In this document: piece after piece, positions 24,430 through 37,074 of the stretch
Numbering within the stretch: position 1 is the first letter of the stretch
Layout of the letters: every line of letters starts with the position of its first letter
Assembly (NCBI RefSeq): GCF_963921235.1
Contig: NC_086109.1
Coordinates: 28,646,001 to 28,710,000, forward strand
Length of the DNA stretch: 64,000 nt
Reading direction: 5' to 3'
Source: Mobula hypostoma
Taxonomy: Eukaryota
Made by a program: the position numbers and the translations under genes
The notes under the pieces: model-generated
Seen by the model: only the letters and a program-made list of their open reading frames with translations
What the model was told of the DNA's origin: nothing
The model's database searches: none

Positions 24430-25710
24430 CTGGAAGACCAGGAAAATGATTGTGGACTTCAGGATGGAGAGGTCATCAAAGTTGTGATAGTTGAAAGGGA
24501 GCGGGGTCAGCAGTGGAAAGGATGGGCAGCTTCAGGTTCCTGAGGGTAAACATCTCAGAGGATCTATATAAGACCATAAGACAAAGGAGCAGAAGTTGGC
24601 CATTCGGCCCATCGAGTCTGCTCCACCATTTTATCATGAGCTGATCCATTCTCCCATTTAGTCCCACTCTCCTACCTTCTCACCATAACCCTTAATGCCC
24701 TGGCTACTCAGATACCTATCAATCTCTGCCTTAAATGCACCCAATTACTTGGTCTCCACTGCCTCCCGTGGCAACAAATTCCACAGATTCACCACCCTCT
24801 GGCTAAAAAAATGTCTTCTGTTCTGAATGGGTGCCCTTCAATCCTTAAGTCATGCCCTCTTGTACTAGACTCCCCCACCATGGGAACCAATTTTGCCACA
24901 TCCACTCTGTCCATGCTTTTCAACATTCAAAATGTTTCTATGAGGTCCCCCCTCTTTCTTCTAAACTCTAAGGAATACAGTCCAAGAGCGGACAAATGTT
25001 CCTCATATGTTAACCTTCTCATTCCCGGAATCATTTTAGTGAATCTTCTCTGAACCCTCTCCAACGTCAGCACATCCTTTCTTAAATAAGGAGCCCAAAA
25101 CTGCCCACTGTATTCCAAGTGAGGTCTTATCAGTGCCTTATAGAGCCTAGTGCATTATGGGCCTAATGCCAATAATGTAATCATGAAGAGCCCATACCAG
25201 TGACTCTACATCATTAGCTCTTTGCTATGTCACCAATGACTTATGAATTTCTATAGTGCATGATGGAGAGCATTCTAACTGGTTGCATCAAAGCCTGGTA
25301 GGAGGTTCTAAAGCATAGGATTGCAAGAGGCTACTCAGTTGGAGACTCAGCCAGCTTTATCACAGACTCAACCATCTTTACCATCGAGGGTGTCTTGCAG
25401 AGGTATTGACTCATGAAGGAGGCATCCATCACTGAGGGTTTCACCATTTTTGACATGCCTTCTTCATTTTCCTACTACTGGAGAGGAGGTATATCAGCTG
25501 GAAGACACTCACTCAACGTTTTAGGAACAGTTTTTCACCCTCCGCCATCAGATTTCTGTATGACCATGAACCCGTGAACGCTATTCTAATATTCCTTTAT
25601 TTTTGAACTGTTTATTTATTATTGAAATTTATAGTAATTTTATATCTTTGTGCTGTACTGCTGCTGCAAAACAGCAAGTAAGTCAGTGACTATAAATCTG
25701 ATTCTGATTA
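24430..25710 (+). mobile_element. Rex1/Babar-type LINE 3' part, interrupted by a CR1
   Basis: AAGACCAGGAAAATGATTGTGGACTTCAGG (KT..MIVDFR), TTCAGGTTCCTGAGGGTAAACATCTCAGAGGATCTA (F.FL.VNISEDL), and a CTGATTCTGAT tail. Confidence 0.85.
24568..25148 (-). mobile_element. CR1 LINE 3' fragment (young)
   Basis: EYSGQFWAPYLRKDVLTLERVQRRFTKMIPGM..LGLYSLEFRRKRGDLIET; antisense tail ATAAGACCATAAGAC. Confidence 0.93.
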
Positions 25711-26944
25711 GTTAATGTGCTCACTAATCCACCTCAAAAAGGTAAACAAAGGTAAGTTTTATTCTCCTCCTTCTTCTTCCTGGGGCCCTTAGCTCCTTGT
25801 GGGGCATAGGCCATTGGTGACCACCTGTCTCCATCAGCCAAAATCGTAGGTATGGTTGGAGTTCATCAACGTTTCAGTAACCCATTATATCCATCATACA
25901 GGGGGTGGGCCTATACAGCCTCACCAGAGCCCTGTTCGCTGGCATTACCTCTCATGACGGGGACATAGGGTTGGACTTTGAGAGGCTTTTATTCACCTTA
26001 TTTTAATTAATATTAACATCACAATTAATTTTCATGAAAGAATTGTACTTCAGCATTATTTTTGTTATTTAAATGTATGTTAATTTATTTTAAATGACTA
26101 TCATTCGAGAAAGAGTTAAAAGGGCCTTTGAAAACAGGAATTGTCCAGGGTGGAGTTCCTGCATCAGCCTTAGGTACTGCTCTCAGATACTTTCTCTGTA
26201 CAGGATGATTTTGTAGTCAATGGGAGCCGCACAGCTATGAAAGGTAAGCAGGAACATAGCAATATCACAAGACACAAGCGCAAAACATGGACCTTATCAT
26301 GCAAGATTCTATTCTGTATTCCAGAAAGATGCATCATTGCCAGGTGTTTGGTGATGTTTATATGTATTGAATGAACTGTGACTTATAGAGGGAATATTTA
26401 GATAAGTTCTGCATTTACTAATGAATGTGCTTGGTAACCCAGCCAAAATAGTTGCCAGAATATCCCTTGGTTGGCATTACCTTACATGTAAGTGGCAGGG
26501 AAGCCATTTTAAGTTAGTCTTGAATGAAAGTGGTTGGGCAAGACAATATGTACAAAGATAACCTCCAAAGCTCACCAAAGAATTGCGTTAATCCACTCTT
26601 TCACACACTAAGGATGAACTTTTAATCACACAGTCTACCTCATTGTGATCCATGCACATCATCTGTTTACCTGTCCGACACACTCCTTGTAGCTACAACA
26701 TGACGTTCTTCATCACTTGTGTACTTGTGTGCTCATTAACTCATGTACTCATTATGTACTTAATTTAGGTGCTCATTATGCCATAATGATGTACTTATTA
26801 CAGCATGATATGATGGAAAGGCATGCAAACAAATTCTTTTCACTGGATCTTAGTACATGTAACAATTATAAACCAGTATGAAAACCAGTGACCAGTGTTG
26901 TATCATTCGCAGCTGTTGAAATTCATCTGGGAATGGTCTGAATT

Positions 26945-27420
26945 CAGAATTTATGTAATCCTAATATCCTTCCCACAATGTGAGGAAGTATAAATCTTTG
27001 TCTTATGGCTCCATCGCGATATACAGACATGTGAATTTATAAGACTAATGGCTTGTAGAAAGAAGCTGTTGGTCCTGGCTTTAATGCTGCATTGCCGTTT
27101 GCCAGGTGGAAGCAACTGAAACAGTTTATGGTTGGGGTGACTGGTGTCCCTGATGATCTTCCAGGCCTCCTTTATGCACCTGCTGCTATAAATGTCCTTA
27201 ATGGAGGGAAGTTCACATCCCACAGATGCGCTGGGCTGTCCGCTCCACTCTTGGCAGTGCCCAGCAATCAAGGTTGGTGTAGTTCTCGTACCAGGTGGTG
27301 ATACAGCCAGTCAGGATGCTCTCAATGGTGCCCCTGTAGAAGGTTGTTTTGGACATTGAGGGAGATGTTTTCCTGGTACCACTGTGTCAGAGTGTCAACC
27401 TCTTCTCCGTAGGCTCTGTG
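26945..27420 (-). mobile_element. Rex1/Babar-type LINE 3' fragment
   Basis: GCELPSIKDIYSSRCIKEAWKIIRDTSHPNHKLFQLLPPGKR..SIKART.NSFFLQAI. Confidence 0.9.
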
Positions 27421-29699
27421 GTCTGTACACTGCAGTTATCAACTGCCTATGCATTTTCACTTAATTCAGCCTCCAATATGTCAATATGAAAGGCGACATT
27501 TTGATTGCACTATCTACTCTTTCTCAGTCTCAGCATTGCACTCGGGTGTTTTGTCAGTTGGATTACAACACCTGGATTATTTCAGTGATTCGCAATAGAA
27601 ATGCTACAAACAGGGTTAAACGTCAACTCCTCATACCAAAATTGTCTTTTTGCATGTTAAATTTCCATACTCTGGTGAACCGAGTATCTGCGCAATTGAT
27701 AGTTCAGACTGAAACGCAAGTGTGTACTTTAACCTTAAATGGATGTCGTCAGGATGCCCATGAGAGCCACCTATTATTAAAATCTAAAAAATAAATGTTT
27801 GTTTTATTTTAACTCCCAGATTAGGCAGAAAGTGCCTGCTAGTAAGCAGGCAGGAGGAGATTTTTGCCGATAATAGGGCAATTACCAGTATTAAGGAGGT
27901 GAGCGTTAGTCACACACTGACCAGTCACAGAGGAATCACTGTGCTGTTCAGATTTGTTCAGGGATGAAGAAGGAAGTTTAAGGAAATAAATCTCCAAAAT
28001 TTTATTTGTGAGGTTGGATAAAGGCTTGCAAACTGTCCAAGGAGCAACGAAAAAAACAAAACAAAACAAAAGCTTGTCCTTCACATCCAATGAGAACTAA
28101 AAATCTAACAGAAAAATAATGTCAGTGGAAGTATTTTATTATCTGTGGGAAGACGTGAAAGATATAAGCAGGAAGAAAAAATATTACAAAGGAAATCAGA
28201 ACCAGACAAAAAGCAAAGTTACAAAGGGGTAAAAAAGCATACTTTACAATTTTCCCTTGTGTGAGTCAATGGGACATCAGCTATAGGACTAGTAATGCTG
28301 GTGATCCAATCACTGCATTCCTTTCTATGGATGTAAAGGCTATTCGCAAATTTAATTAAAGTCTGAATGCAAGGCATGGGATTTCATTTGTATCTCTCAG
28401 TTGTATTAAAGATTTATTCATCATATACTTAGCACAAAGGGAAGCACTACAGCCAAAATAAAATGGATCTGCCTCTATGAGAAATGTATCTGAATATTTA
28501 AAATTTCTTATTTGAATAATATTAGTTTCTATTTTTAATCTAATTTTTGCAGCATTTTAATTACAAACAATAAGGGTGCAGTGAACCATTATCAGCACAA
28601 ACTGTGATGTTTATCCAAACTGAGAAGTTATTTTATCACGACAAAGTGCCTTCTCAGAATTAGCCAAAATTCACATCATCGATCACTAAGGAACCAGAAG
28701 AAAAGTACATGATCTTTCCCGTCTCTTTCTCTCACAAATATCTCAGCACCTGCTGGGTTTATTGCCACTAAACTTTCATTCTATTAGTTGTATTGCTGAG
28801 GGTTATTCATCTGGAATGATCTTGTCCCAGCAGGAGCATGATGGCTGTGACGGGGTTGGAACTACCCTATAGCTCCTCTTCAAACCAATTAGGATCATGC
28901 AGCAGACTTTGCTTATTGATTGTGCAAACGTGCTGCAATGCAGCATGGTTTATAATTTGAACATTTGGAGACTTGACAGCACTGTGAGATAAGTAGAAAT
29001 ATATCCACAGGACTTAGACAAGGTACCTGTGCTTGTCTGCTGCCAAAGCTGGTGGTGAAAGAGGCTTTTTTCTTTCTGATTTGAATTATATTGTTGTTAA
29101 AAATGTGATGAAACTTATTTTTTTAAGTTGGCATGCAATAGTAGTAACTCTACATGTAAAGACGCAAAGAATCAGTCCAAGCATTAATTGCAAGAAGATG
29201 GCCAGAAGCATATGGCACTTTGATATTGAGGGAGTTAATTTCCTTTCCAAATACAAACCAAAAGAAATTCATGCTGACATATCCTTTTGGCTTACATCAA
29301 GATTCTTGTAGAGTTGCCACATCCCGTTTACAATAAAGTGCTTGCTAAAGGAGAGGTACAGTACATTATCCCATGATTAAATTTTTATTATTCAGAAGCC
29401 CTGCAGTAATGGATTTTACAGAAGGGGCCACTTATTACATCGGTGCCACTGTGCAGATGTCATCCACTGATTGAGTTTGAATATTTGAAACAACTGAAAT
29501 TGACAACCAGGTCACTGGAAATGTGATACTGGATCTTCGGAAGGAAGGTTAATAAAAAATTTACTTGAAAAGTGGAATCTATAATTTTAGTTGGAATATT
29601 GTGCTGTTCATTAGTGAATTCATTGAACTGGGATTTGCAAATTTACTACAGAATGTTGATGATGAGTGACTAGTTTCTACAAGATTTACAGGAAGATGT

Positions 29700-30375
29700 T
29701 GTTTCCTGCTTGGCATCCCGGCCTGCCATATCTCCACCCTCAATTGAGCTGCAAGGTCATCAGCCAGGGACCACTGCTCACTGGTGATTTGCTCCCTTAG
29801 CCCTGGTACATTTCCTGGTGGTGGAGCAGTGGCAGGGCCATCACCCTGCCGTCGCCTGCAGCTTCCAGTGGAGTTAGTCAGTCCGCCGATTTCTGTCCTT
29901 ACCCCTCAGCCACAGCCAAAAGTTGCCCTTTTCTGCCTTTTCAGCCAACTCCCTGGTGGCCTTCCTGACCCTCGCCCCAGTCACAGCCATATCACGGAGT
30001 AAACCAGTTATCAATGCACTGATGAGGCCCCAGCATCCTACCTCCACAGGGTAGATGATGGTCCTCTAGCCAGCTTCCTTACCCAGCTGTCAGCTCTGAG
30101 TACTTCAGCCTCTTCTGCTCATGGGCAGCCCCCACTTCTTCCTCCCATGGGATGACTAACTCCATAAGGAGGACTGGCTTAGCAGCCGTGAACCACTGTA
30201 CTATGTCTGGGCAGAGAGATGTGGTGGTGATTTCTGTGGGGAACTGCAGCTGCTGCCGAGATCTGCCCTCATATTCCTCTTGTAGCCCATGGAGAGGAGT
30301 CCTGAAAGAGCTCCTTGGTGGGTGCATTCAGCACTCTTCCCGCTGGGGGAAAGCTGCTTCTCGCGTCCGGCCTGC
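29700..30375 (-). mobile_element. HERO-like non-LTR retrotransposon 3' fragment with restriction-like endonuclease
   Basis: QLQFPTEITTTSLCPDIVQW..AKPVLLMELVIPWEEEVGAAHEQKRLKYSEL then EAG..YPVEVGC.G, a PD-(D/E)xK-type endonuclease motif of the R2/Hero group. Confidence 0.85.
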
Positions 30376-30411
30376 AGGTATATTAAGAAAACTTAAGTTT
30401 ATTCAATCTAA

Positions 30412-30724
30412 AAGTAAAGGCATCCGTTAGTCTTGTGAGACCATGGATCTGTGCCTGGAAAATCTTCACTCTTCAGGGCGCAGGCCTGGTCAAGGTTGTA
30501 TGGAAGACCAGCAGTTGCCCATGTTGCAAGCCTCCTCTCTCCACAACACCAATGTCCAAGGGAAGGGCATTACGACCCACACAGCTTGGCACCAGTGTCA
30601 TCGCAGAGCAATGTGTGATTAAGTGCCTTGCTCAAGGACACAACACATTCCCTCAGCTGGGGCTCAAACTCACGACCTTCAGGTCACTAGTCCAATGCCT
30701 TAACCACTTGGCCACATGCCCACA
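30412..30724 (-). mobile_element. tRNA-derived SINE with CORE-like segment and RTE-like tail
   Basis: Minus strand: A-box TGGCCAAGTGG, B-box GAGTTTGAGCC, GTGTCCTTGAGCAAGGCACTTAA, tail CCATGGTCTCACAAGACTAACGGATGCC. TSD CAATCTAA at 30404-30411 and 30725-30732. Confidence 0.85.
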
Positions 30725-31194
30725 CAATCTAAGTTAATGAAAACTGAATTGTGTTTATACATGGTTCTCATGTTTGTTTTCATTCTCATATCACCATCAA
30801 AATGAGGAACCACAGGCTTAGTAAGCAGGACAATTTCCTTTTATTTTCAAGCTTTGGAAGATTTATACTTGCTTCAGCTTATGGCACGATGAGACAAGGA
30901 AGCACAAAGAAGCAACAGCCTCGAGGAATATATATCCTGATTGAATGATATTTTTAGTATTTCTGCTAGAGGTGTGATGAAACATGTTTCTTCAAGCTGT
31001 CTTGCAATAGTAACAACTGTACATGAAGCTTTAAGAGGCAGAGGGACAGTCCAGGCATTCGTTGAAGAAATCAATTCCAAGAATCATTATTGCAGACAGT
31101 TCTTTGTACTTCTGAGATTCCTATTACAAGGTGATCAGAAAAGAGAACCAAGAGCAAATACAGTCAATATACACTTTGTTATGTATCTCCAATA

Positions 31195-31558
31195 ACTAAT
31201 AAAGTGGCCATTGAGAGTATGTTTATGGTCACCTGCTGTTGTAGCCCATCCACTTCAAGGTTCAATGTGTTGTGCATTCTCTCCTGCACACACATTCTCC
31301 TCATAGCATTCTCAATAAACTGTAGAGACTGTTGTGTGTGAACATCCCAAGAGATCAGCAGTGTCTGAGATACTCAGATCAACTCCTCGAAATCACTTCG
31401 ATATTATTTCTTCCCCATTCTGATGTTTGGTCTGAACAACAACTGAACATCTTGACTATGTCTGAATGTTTTAATGCATTCAGTTGCTGGCACGTGATTG
31501 GCTGATTAGATACAGGTGTACAGCTGTTGTTCACCTGCTATAAAGTAGTCAATGAGTG
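31195..31558 (-). mobile_element. Tc1-derived non-autonomous element, internally deleted
   Basis: Antisense match to 20525-22322 and 47585-48159; TIR-like TAAAGTAGTCAATGAGTG|TA at the right end. Confidence 0.8.
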
Positions 31559-31699
31559 TATATTATTGTCACTTCTGTGCATTGGATATGAAAAAGAGGG
31601 TAAAGGGCAAAGAGCACTAAATTTAAATCAATTTGACATAAAGCAGGTATACTAAAATTCCTCACTATATCTTGTCTGAGTGAGACAGCACACGTTTAT

Positions 31700-31870
31700 A
31701 TCAAAAACAAAACGCTGGGAGATCTCAAGGGGTCAAACAACGTCTGTGAGGTAAAAGTTATCGAGCAGAGAACCTGCAACAGGTCTTACACCTTCTGTCT
31801 TCACAGATGTTGTTTGACACATTTAAGTTCTTTCAGTGTTCAGTTTTTGTTTTAGATTCTAGCCTCTTCA
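31700..31870. mobile_element. Old fold-back Penelope pseudo-LTR remnant
   Basis: GTCAAACAACGTCTGTGAGG..AAAAG is inverted against CTTCTGTCTTCACAGATGTTGTTTGAC; ends with a pseudo-LTR-like TTTGTTTTAGATTCTAGC. Confidence 0.5.
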
Positions 31871-31894
31871 GTTTAATTTATCTTTTATTTTGTC

Positions 31895-32078
31895 TAGTGG
31901 AGAGCATTTCGACGGTTTACATTACAGTAGGTTTGGTGGCTCCAGTGCTCCAGAGGCTACGGAAGGTTGTAGGCCCATCTAGCTCCATCATGAGCTCAAC
32001 CCTCCCCACCACTGAGAACATCTTCAGGAGGCGGTGTATCAAGAAGACAGCATCCATTATTGAAGACCTTTATCATCT
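31895..32078 (+). mobile_element. Rex1/Babar-type LINE fragment
   Basis: LVESIST.YITV..LPTTENIFRRRCIKKTASIIED. Confidence 0.75.
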
Positions 32079-33450
32079 GGATGTGCCCGAATCAGGACAC
32101 CTAAACTGGAAGGGAAACGATGTTCTGACCAGGAGGTTCACTAATGCCACTCGTGAGGGTTTAAACTCATTTGGCAGGGGGATGGGAACCAGAGCAGCAG
32201 GCTAGAAAGCAGAAGGATTTAGAGGAAGGTAGATGTCAAGGTCAGTAAAAACAGGCAGGAGCAAAATAATAGATATGATAGGATGGATAGTTTGAAGTGT
32301 GTGTATTTTAATGCTAGAATTATTATAGGTCCAGGTGATGACTTTAGAGCATGGATATAGGACATGGAAATATGATGTGTGACCATTACAGAGATTTGGT
32401 TGAGAGAGGGACAGGAATGGATGCTTAATGTCCCAGGGTTTCGATGTCTTAGCAAAGATATAGAGGGTGGTAAAAGAGTTGGGGGAGTTACACTACTAAT
32501 CAGCAACAATATCAGAGCTGCACTTAGAGAGGACATAATGGCGAGCTCATCCACTGTTTATATGGGTAGAACTCAGAAACAGGAATGGTGCATCACTCTG
32601 ATGGGATTCATTACAGACCCCTCCAATAGCCACTGGGACATTGAGGAACGGAGATGCAGACAAATTAAAGAAAGGTATGAAAATAATATGGTTGTTGCTA
32701 TGGGAGACCTCAACTTCCCTAATACAAGCTGGGACCTTCTTAGTGAAAGGGGTTTAGATGGGGCAGAATTTGTTAGGTGCATCATGGAGGGTTAATAGTC
32801 CAACAAGAGGAGAGTCTGTACTGGACCTGATGTTGCGTAATGAGCCTGACCAGCTGAATGACTTTCAGTGGGTGAGCAGTTAGGGAACAGTGACTATAAC
32901 TCCTTCAGTTTAAAGATAGCTACAGAAAACGATAAGTATGGACCTTGCTGGAGAGAATTAAATTGGAGCAGGACAAGTTACAAGAGCGTTAGGAAGCAAC
33001 TAGGCAGCGTTAATCGGGAATAGATGTTTTTGGGCAAGTCCACTTCTAACATGTGGAGAATGTTTAAAGACCATTTGCACAGTGTACAGGACAGGTATGT
33101 TCTGATCAGAAGGAAGGACAGAATGGCAAGGTAACAGAACTTGGGATGTTGAAAAAGATATAAATTTAGTCAAGAAAAAAAAGGGAAAGTATATAAAGCT
33201 TGAGAAGCTAGGATCAAACAGAGCCTTGAGGATTATAGAGTACTGAAAATAATTCAAGAAGGGAATTAGGAAACCCAAGAGGGACCATGAAAAGTCCTTG
33301 GCCAGTAAGATTAAAGAGATTCTCAAAGCAATGATCTATACATACATTAAGAGCAAGAGGATAACTGGGAAGGGGGTATGTTCGCTTGGATGCAGAGGAT
33401 GTGGGTGAGGTACTTAATGAGTACCTTACATCAGTATTTACCAAGGGGAT
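32079..33450 (+). mobile_element. CR1 LINE internal fragment (ORF1 end plus ORF2 endonuclease)
   Basis: HLNWKG (ORF1 esterase end), LKCVYFNARII, ITEIWLREGQEWMLNVPGFRC..GGVTLLI, MGDLNFPN. Confidence 0.9.
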
Positions 33451-34987
33451 ATGAATGCTGCTTGCAAGTGGGATGAATATTCACAGTTCAGCTGCTTGGA
33501 GATAAAATATAAATTTATTTTGCTCGAATTTAAAATATGAAAGTGAAGGGGAAAAAAATTGCTTTATGCCTTTCAGGCCGAATCAGGTAAATAGGAAGCT
33601 ATGGCTCTTAGGTTGTAAAGGTGTGTTTGTGAGTCAGGTCCTAACACTAACAGCTTGACCTTTATTGAAGTTTATGCATAAGTACTTGCATTACATTATC
33701 TTTGTCAATCAGTTAATGATTGTCAATGGTCTAAACAGTGGTTGTTAGTGAATGATCATATATGTTTCAGAAGCTATACATCATACAGGCCAGGAAGGAT
33801 GGTGATCTGCTGACACTATTGCACACACTCTGTGAGCTGACTCAGAAACAGATGGAATTAATGTGATCCCAATTAGCAAGCTGCTTTGTGATATTCAAAT
33901 AACATCCACAGACTGCTTCTTTAATATAATCAAGACTTAAAACCAATGTTTCACTCATTGTCTAGGTACCAGGTTCCAAAACATTAGTGTTGGACATTTC
34001 CTCTTTAATTTTAAACAAGATACATTCATTTAAACAGAAATTACAAAAGTTAAACTTGTTCTATTGCATATTCAAATTTACTAACCTTCCTACATCTGGC
34101 TATTTGCTGGGTATGATGGTATCTAATATTCTCCGCATGAGTAATCAGCTTATTCAATTGTTAATTTAAGTATTTAAATATTTAGTCTAGTTGAAAGTAC
34201 TTTCTCATCTCTCGGATATGAGAATATTTAACCCAAGTTAAAACTGATCGAAGTTCAAAACAAAACCTGTCCACATTTTGACATCAATCAAAGTAGTCGG
34301 TGAAGCTATGAAGTACAGAAAATAGAATCACCTGAATGTGCAAATTGATAATTAACCATATTAGAGCAATATTAGTAGCATCTTACTCATTGAAGAACCA
34401 GCTTAAGTGATTAACACTTGATGAAACGAGAGATATTATGGTCCCATTAACTGTCTTAAATTTGCTCCTCATGAACAACATAACACTTGGACAAATGGTT
34501 ACTCCTCGATGCCGCAATTACTGAGTTCCTAAGTCTAAGTAGTCTAAGTTTCTCCCACCCTAGCTTCAAATAGAATTAGTCATCGTGGCTTGTTTATAAC
34601 GCACATTCAACGATGAGGCATAATAGAGGGAGATTAGGGGTGGAGAGGGTTTAACTTTCACCACACCTTTCTATTACTTCACATGGAATCAATTTTGATA
34701 CAACTCACTTTGGATACAGTTGTTATAGGATTGTTTTCAATTCATTGTCAATACAATTTAGAATTGGTAATACTGAATTAAAACCTTAAACAAGTGAGAT
34801 GTGAATTAAAAGGCTATTTGCATAGGATTAAGGATTAACTTTCTTTGCCATGTACATTTCCATATATTGGGAATTTGCTGTGGTGCGTTGGCAGGTCATG
34901 CAACAAAATAGCATTCAACAATTATAAAGAATTACGTACAAATAAAGTTAGAAGTACAGATATGAAATAACCTGCAGAAATGGAGGA

Positions 34988-35622
34988 GGAGAAGATAGCA
35001 GTGCGACGCAGCGCACGCGGCCACTTCGATGGTGATGTCTGTTATTTATCAAATAGGGGACCGTGCACAATTCTGATTTGATGGAGACAGACGTGAGAGT
35101 ATGGAGGAACAGCTGGAGAAACTTCTGAAATGCCCACTTTGCTGCCACTATTTCTGTGTGGTCCGGAATCTCCGGAGGGGAAGGCCTCCGAATCCTCGGC
35201 TTTGCTTGTTTCGGCGGCCAGGACAAGGTCGAAGGCGCTTGGCAGAGGATGGCGCTCGGGAGGCTGTATCAGAGGGGCTGGTCGGAGGCTCGGAGTTTTC
35301 GGACGGACGGACTCCGTGTCGGCTGTTGTTGGGTGCTTCCAATGTATGGGCAGTTGCTGCCGCTATCAAGGTCTTGGGAGTTGATCGACTTGGGATTTTG
35401 AGACCTTTTTTTACCGTTCCCATGGTCTGTTCTTCATCAAATTATGGTATTGTTTTGCACTGCTGTAACTATATGTTATAATTATGTGGTTCTGTCAGTG
35501 TTAGTCTTTGGTTTGTCCTGTTTTTCTGTGATATCACTCCAGAGGAACATTGTATCATTTCTTAATGCATGCATGCATTTCTAAATGACAATAAACGAGG
35601 ACTGAGTGTTCTCATAATCTAA
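34988..35622 (+). mobile_element. CpG-rich non-autonomous retroelement with LINE-like tail
   Basis: Starts at about AAGATAGC (AAGATGGC-like LINE 5' end), GC-rich noncoding body, ends GACAATAAACG..AATCTAAAT; lies inside an antisense LINE tail. Confidence 0.6.
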
Positions 35623-36393
35623 ATACATCAATTTTAACATATGTTTACAAAGTAACTGACAACATAAGAAGTGGCTTAGACAGATATAAAGCCATCAGAT
35701 TTCTGAACAACCCATGAACTCATGTTTAGCACTATTTATTTATTGCAACACACATAAAAGTTGCTGGTGAACGCAGCAGGCCAGGCAGCATCTCTAGGAA
35801 GAGGTACAGTCGATGTTTCCGGCCGAGGCCCTTCGTCAGGACTAACTGAAAGAAGAGCTAGTAAGAGATTTGAAAGTGGGAGGGGGAGGGGGAGATCCAA
35901 AATGATAGGAGAAGACAGGAGGGGGAGGGATGGAGCCAAGAGCTGGTCAGGTGATTAGCAAAAGGGATACGAGAGGATCATGGGACAGGAGACCCAGGGA
36001 GAAAGAAAGGGGGCGGGGAGAAGCCCCGAAGATGGGCAAGGGGTAGAGTGAGAGGTACAGAGGGAGAAAAAGGAGAGGGAGAAAAAGAATGTATGTATAT
36101 AAATAAATAAATAACAGATGGGGTACGAGGGGGAGGTGGGGCATTCCAACATGTAATTCTCCATAACTTCCGCCACCTCCAACGGGATCCCACCACTAAG
36201 CACATCTTTTCCTCCCCCTCCTCCTGCTTTCCGCAGGGATCGCTCCCTACACGACTCCCTTGTCCATTCGTCCCCGCCATCCCTCCCCACCAATCTCCCT
36301 CCTGGCACTTATCCTTGTAAGCAGAACAAGTGCTACACCTGCCCTTACACTTCCTCCCTTACCACCATTCAGGACCCCAGACAGTCCTTCCAG

Positions 36394-36720
36394 GTGAGGC
36401 AACACTTCACCTGTGAATTGGCTGGGGTGATATACTGCGTCTGCTGCTCCCGATACGGCCTTCTATATATTGGCGAGACCCGTCGCAGACTGGGCGATCA
36501 TTTCGCTGAACACCTACGCTCTGTCAGCCAGAGAAAGCAGGATCTCCCAGTGGCCACACATTTTAATTCCATGTCCCATTCCCATTCTGATATGTCTATC
36601 CACGGCCTCCTCTACTGTAAAGATGAAGCCACACTCAGGTTGGAGGAACAACACCTTACATTCCGTCTGGGTAGCCTCCAACCTGATGGCATGAACATTG
36701 ACTTCTCTAACTTCCGCTAA
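36394..36720 (+). pseudogene. Penelope GIY-YIG endonuclease C-terminal fragment (5'-truncated, no RT domain)
   Basis: FTCELAGVIYCVCCSRYGLLYIGETRRRLGDHFAEHL..LRLEEQHL.FRLGSLQPDGMN, preceded by the C..NKCYTC linker. Confidence 0.9.
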
Positions 36721-37038
36721 TGCCCAACCTCCCCCTCGTACCCCATCCATTATTTATTTATTAATACACACACTTTCTTTCTCTCTCTCTCTCTCCTTTT
36801 TCTCCCTCAATCCCTCTCACTACTCTCATTATACCCCTTGCCCATCCTCTAGGCTTTTTCCCCCCCTTCCCCTTTTCCTTCTCCTTGGGCCTCCTGTCCT
36901 ATGATCCTCTCATATCCCTTTTGCCAATCACCTGTCCAGCTCTTGGCTCCATCCCTCCCCCTCCTGTCTTCTTCTATCATTTCGGATCTCCCCCTCCCCC
37001 TCCCACTTTCAAATCTCTTACTAGCTCTTCTTTCAGTT

Positions 37039-37074
37039 AGTCCTGAAGAAGGGTCTCAGTCCGAAACGTCGACT
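37039..37074 (+). ncRNA. Minimal type I hammerhead ribozyme motif, intact core
   Basis: AGUC-CUGAAGA-AGGGUCUCAGUCC-GAAA-CGUC-GACU; palindromic ACGU stem III; predicted cut after C37070. Confidence 0.72.

Noticed and set aside
29397..29548. Plus-strand coding exon after TTATTCAG
   Set aside because: The frames examined terminate early and the peptide is not recognisable.
34948..35481. Cluster of overlapping ORFs as a gene or host CpG-island promoter
   Set aside because: Open frames on both strands reflect high GC content in a repeat-like insert; no recognisable protein.
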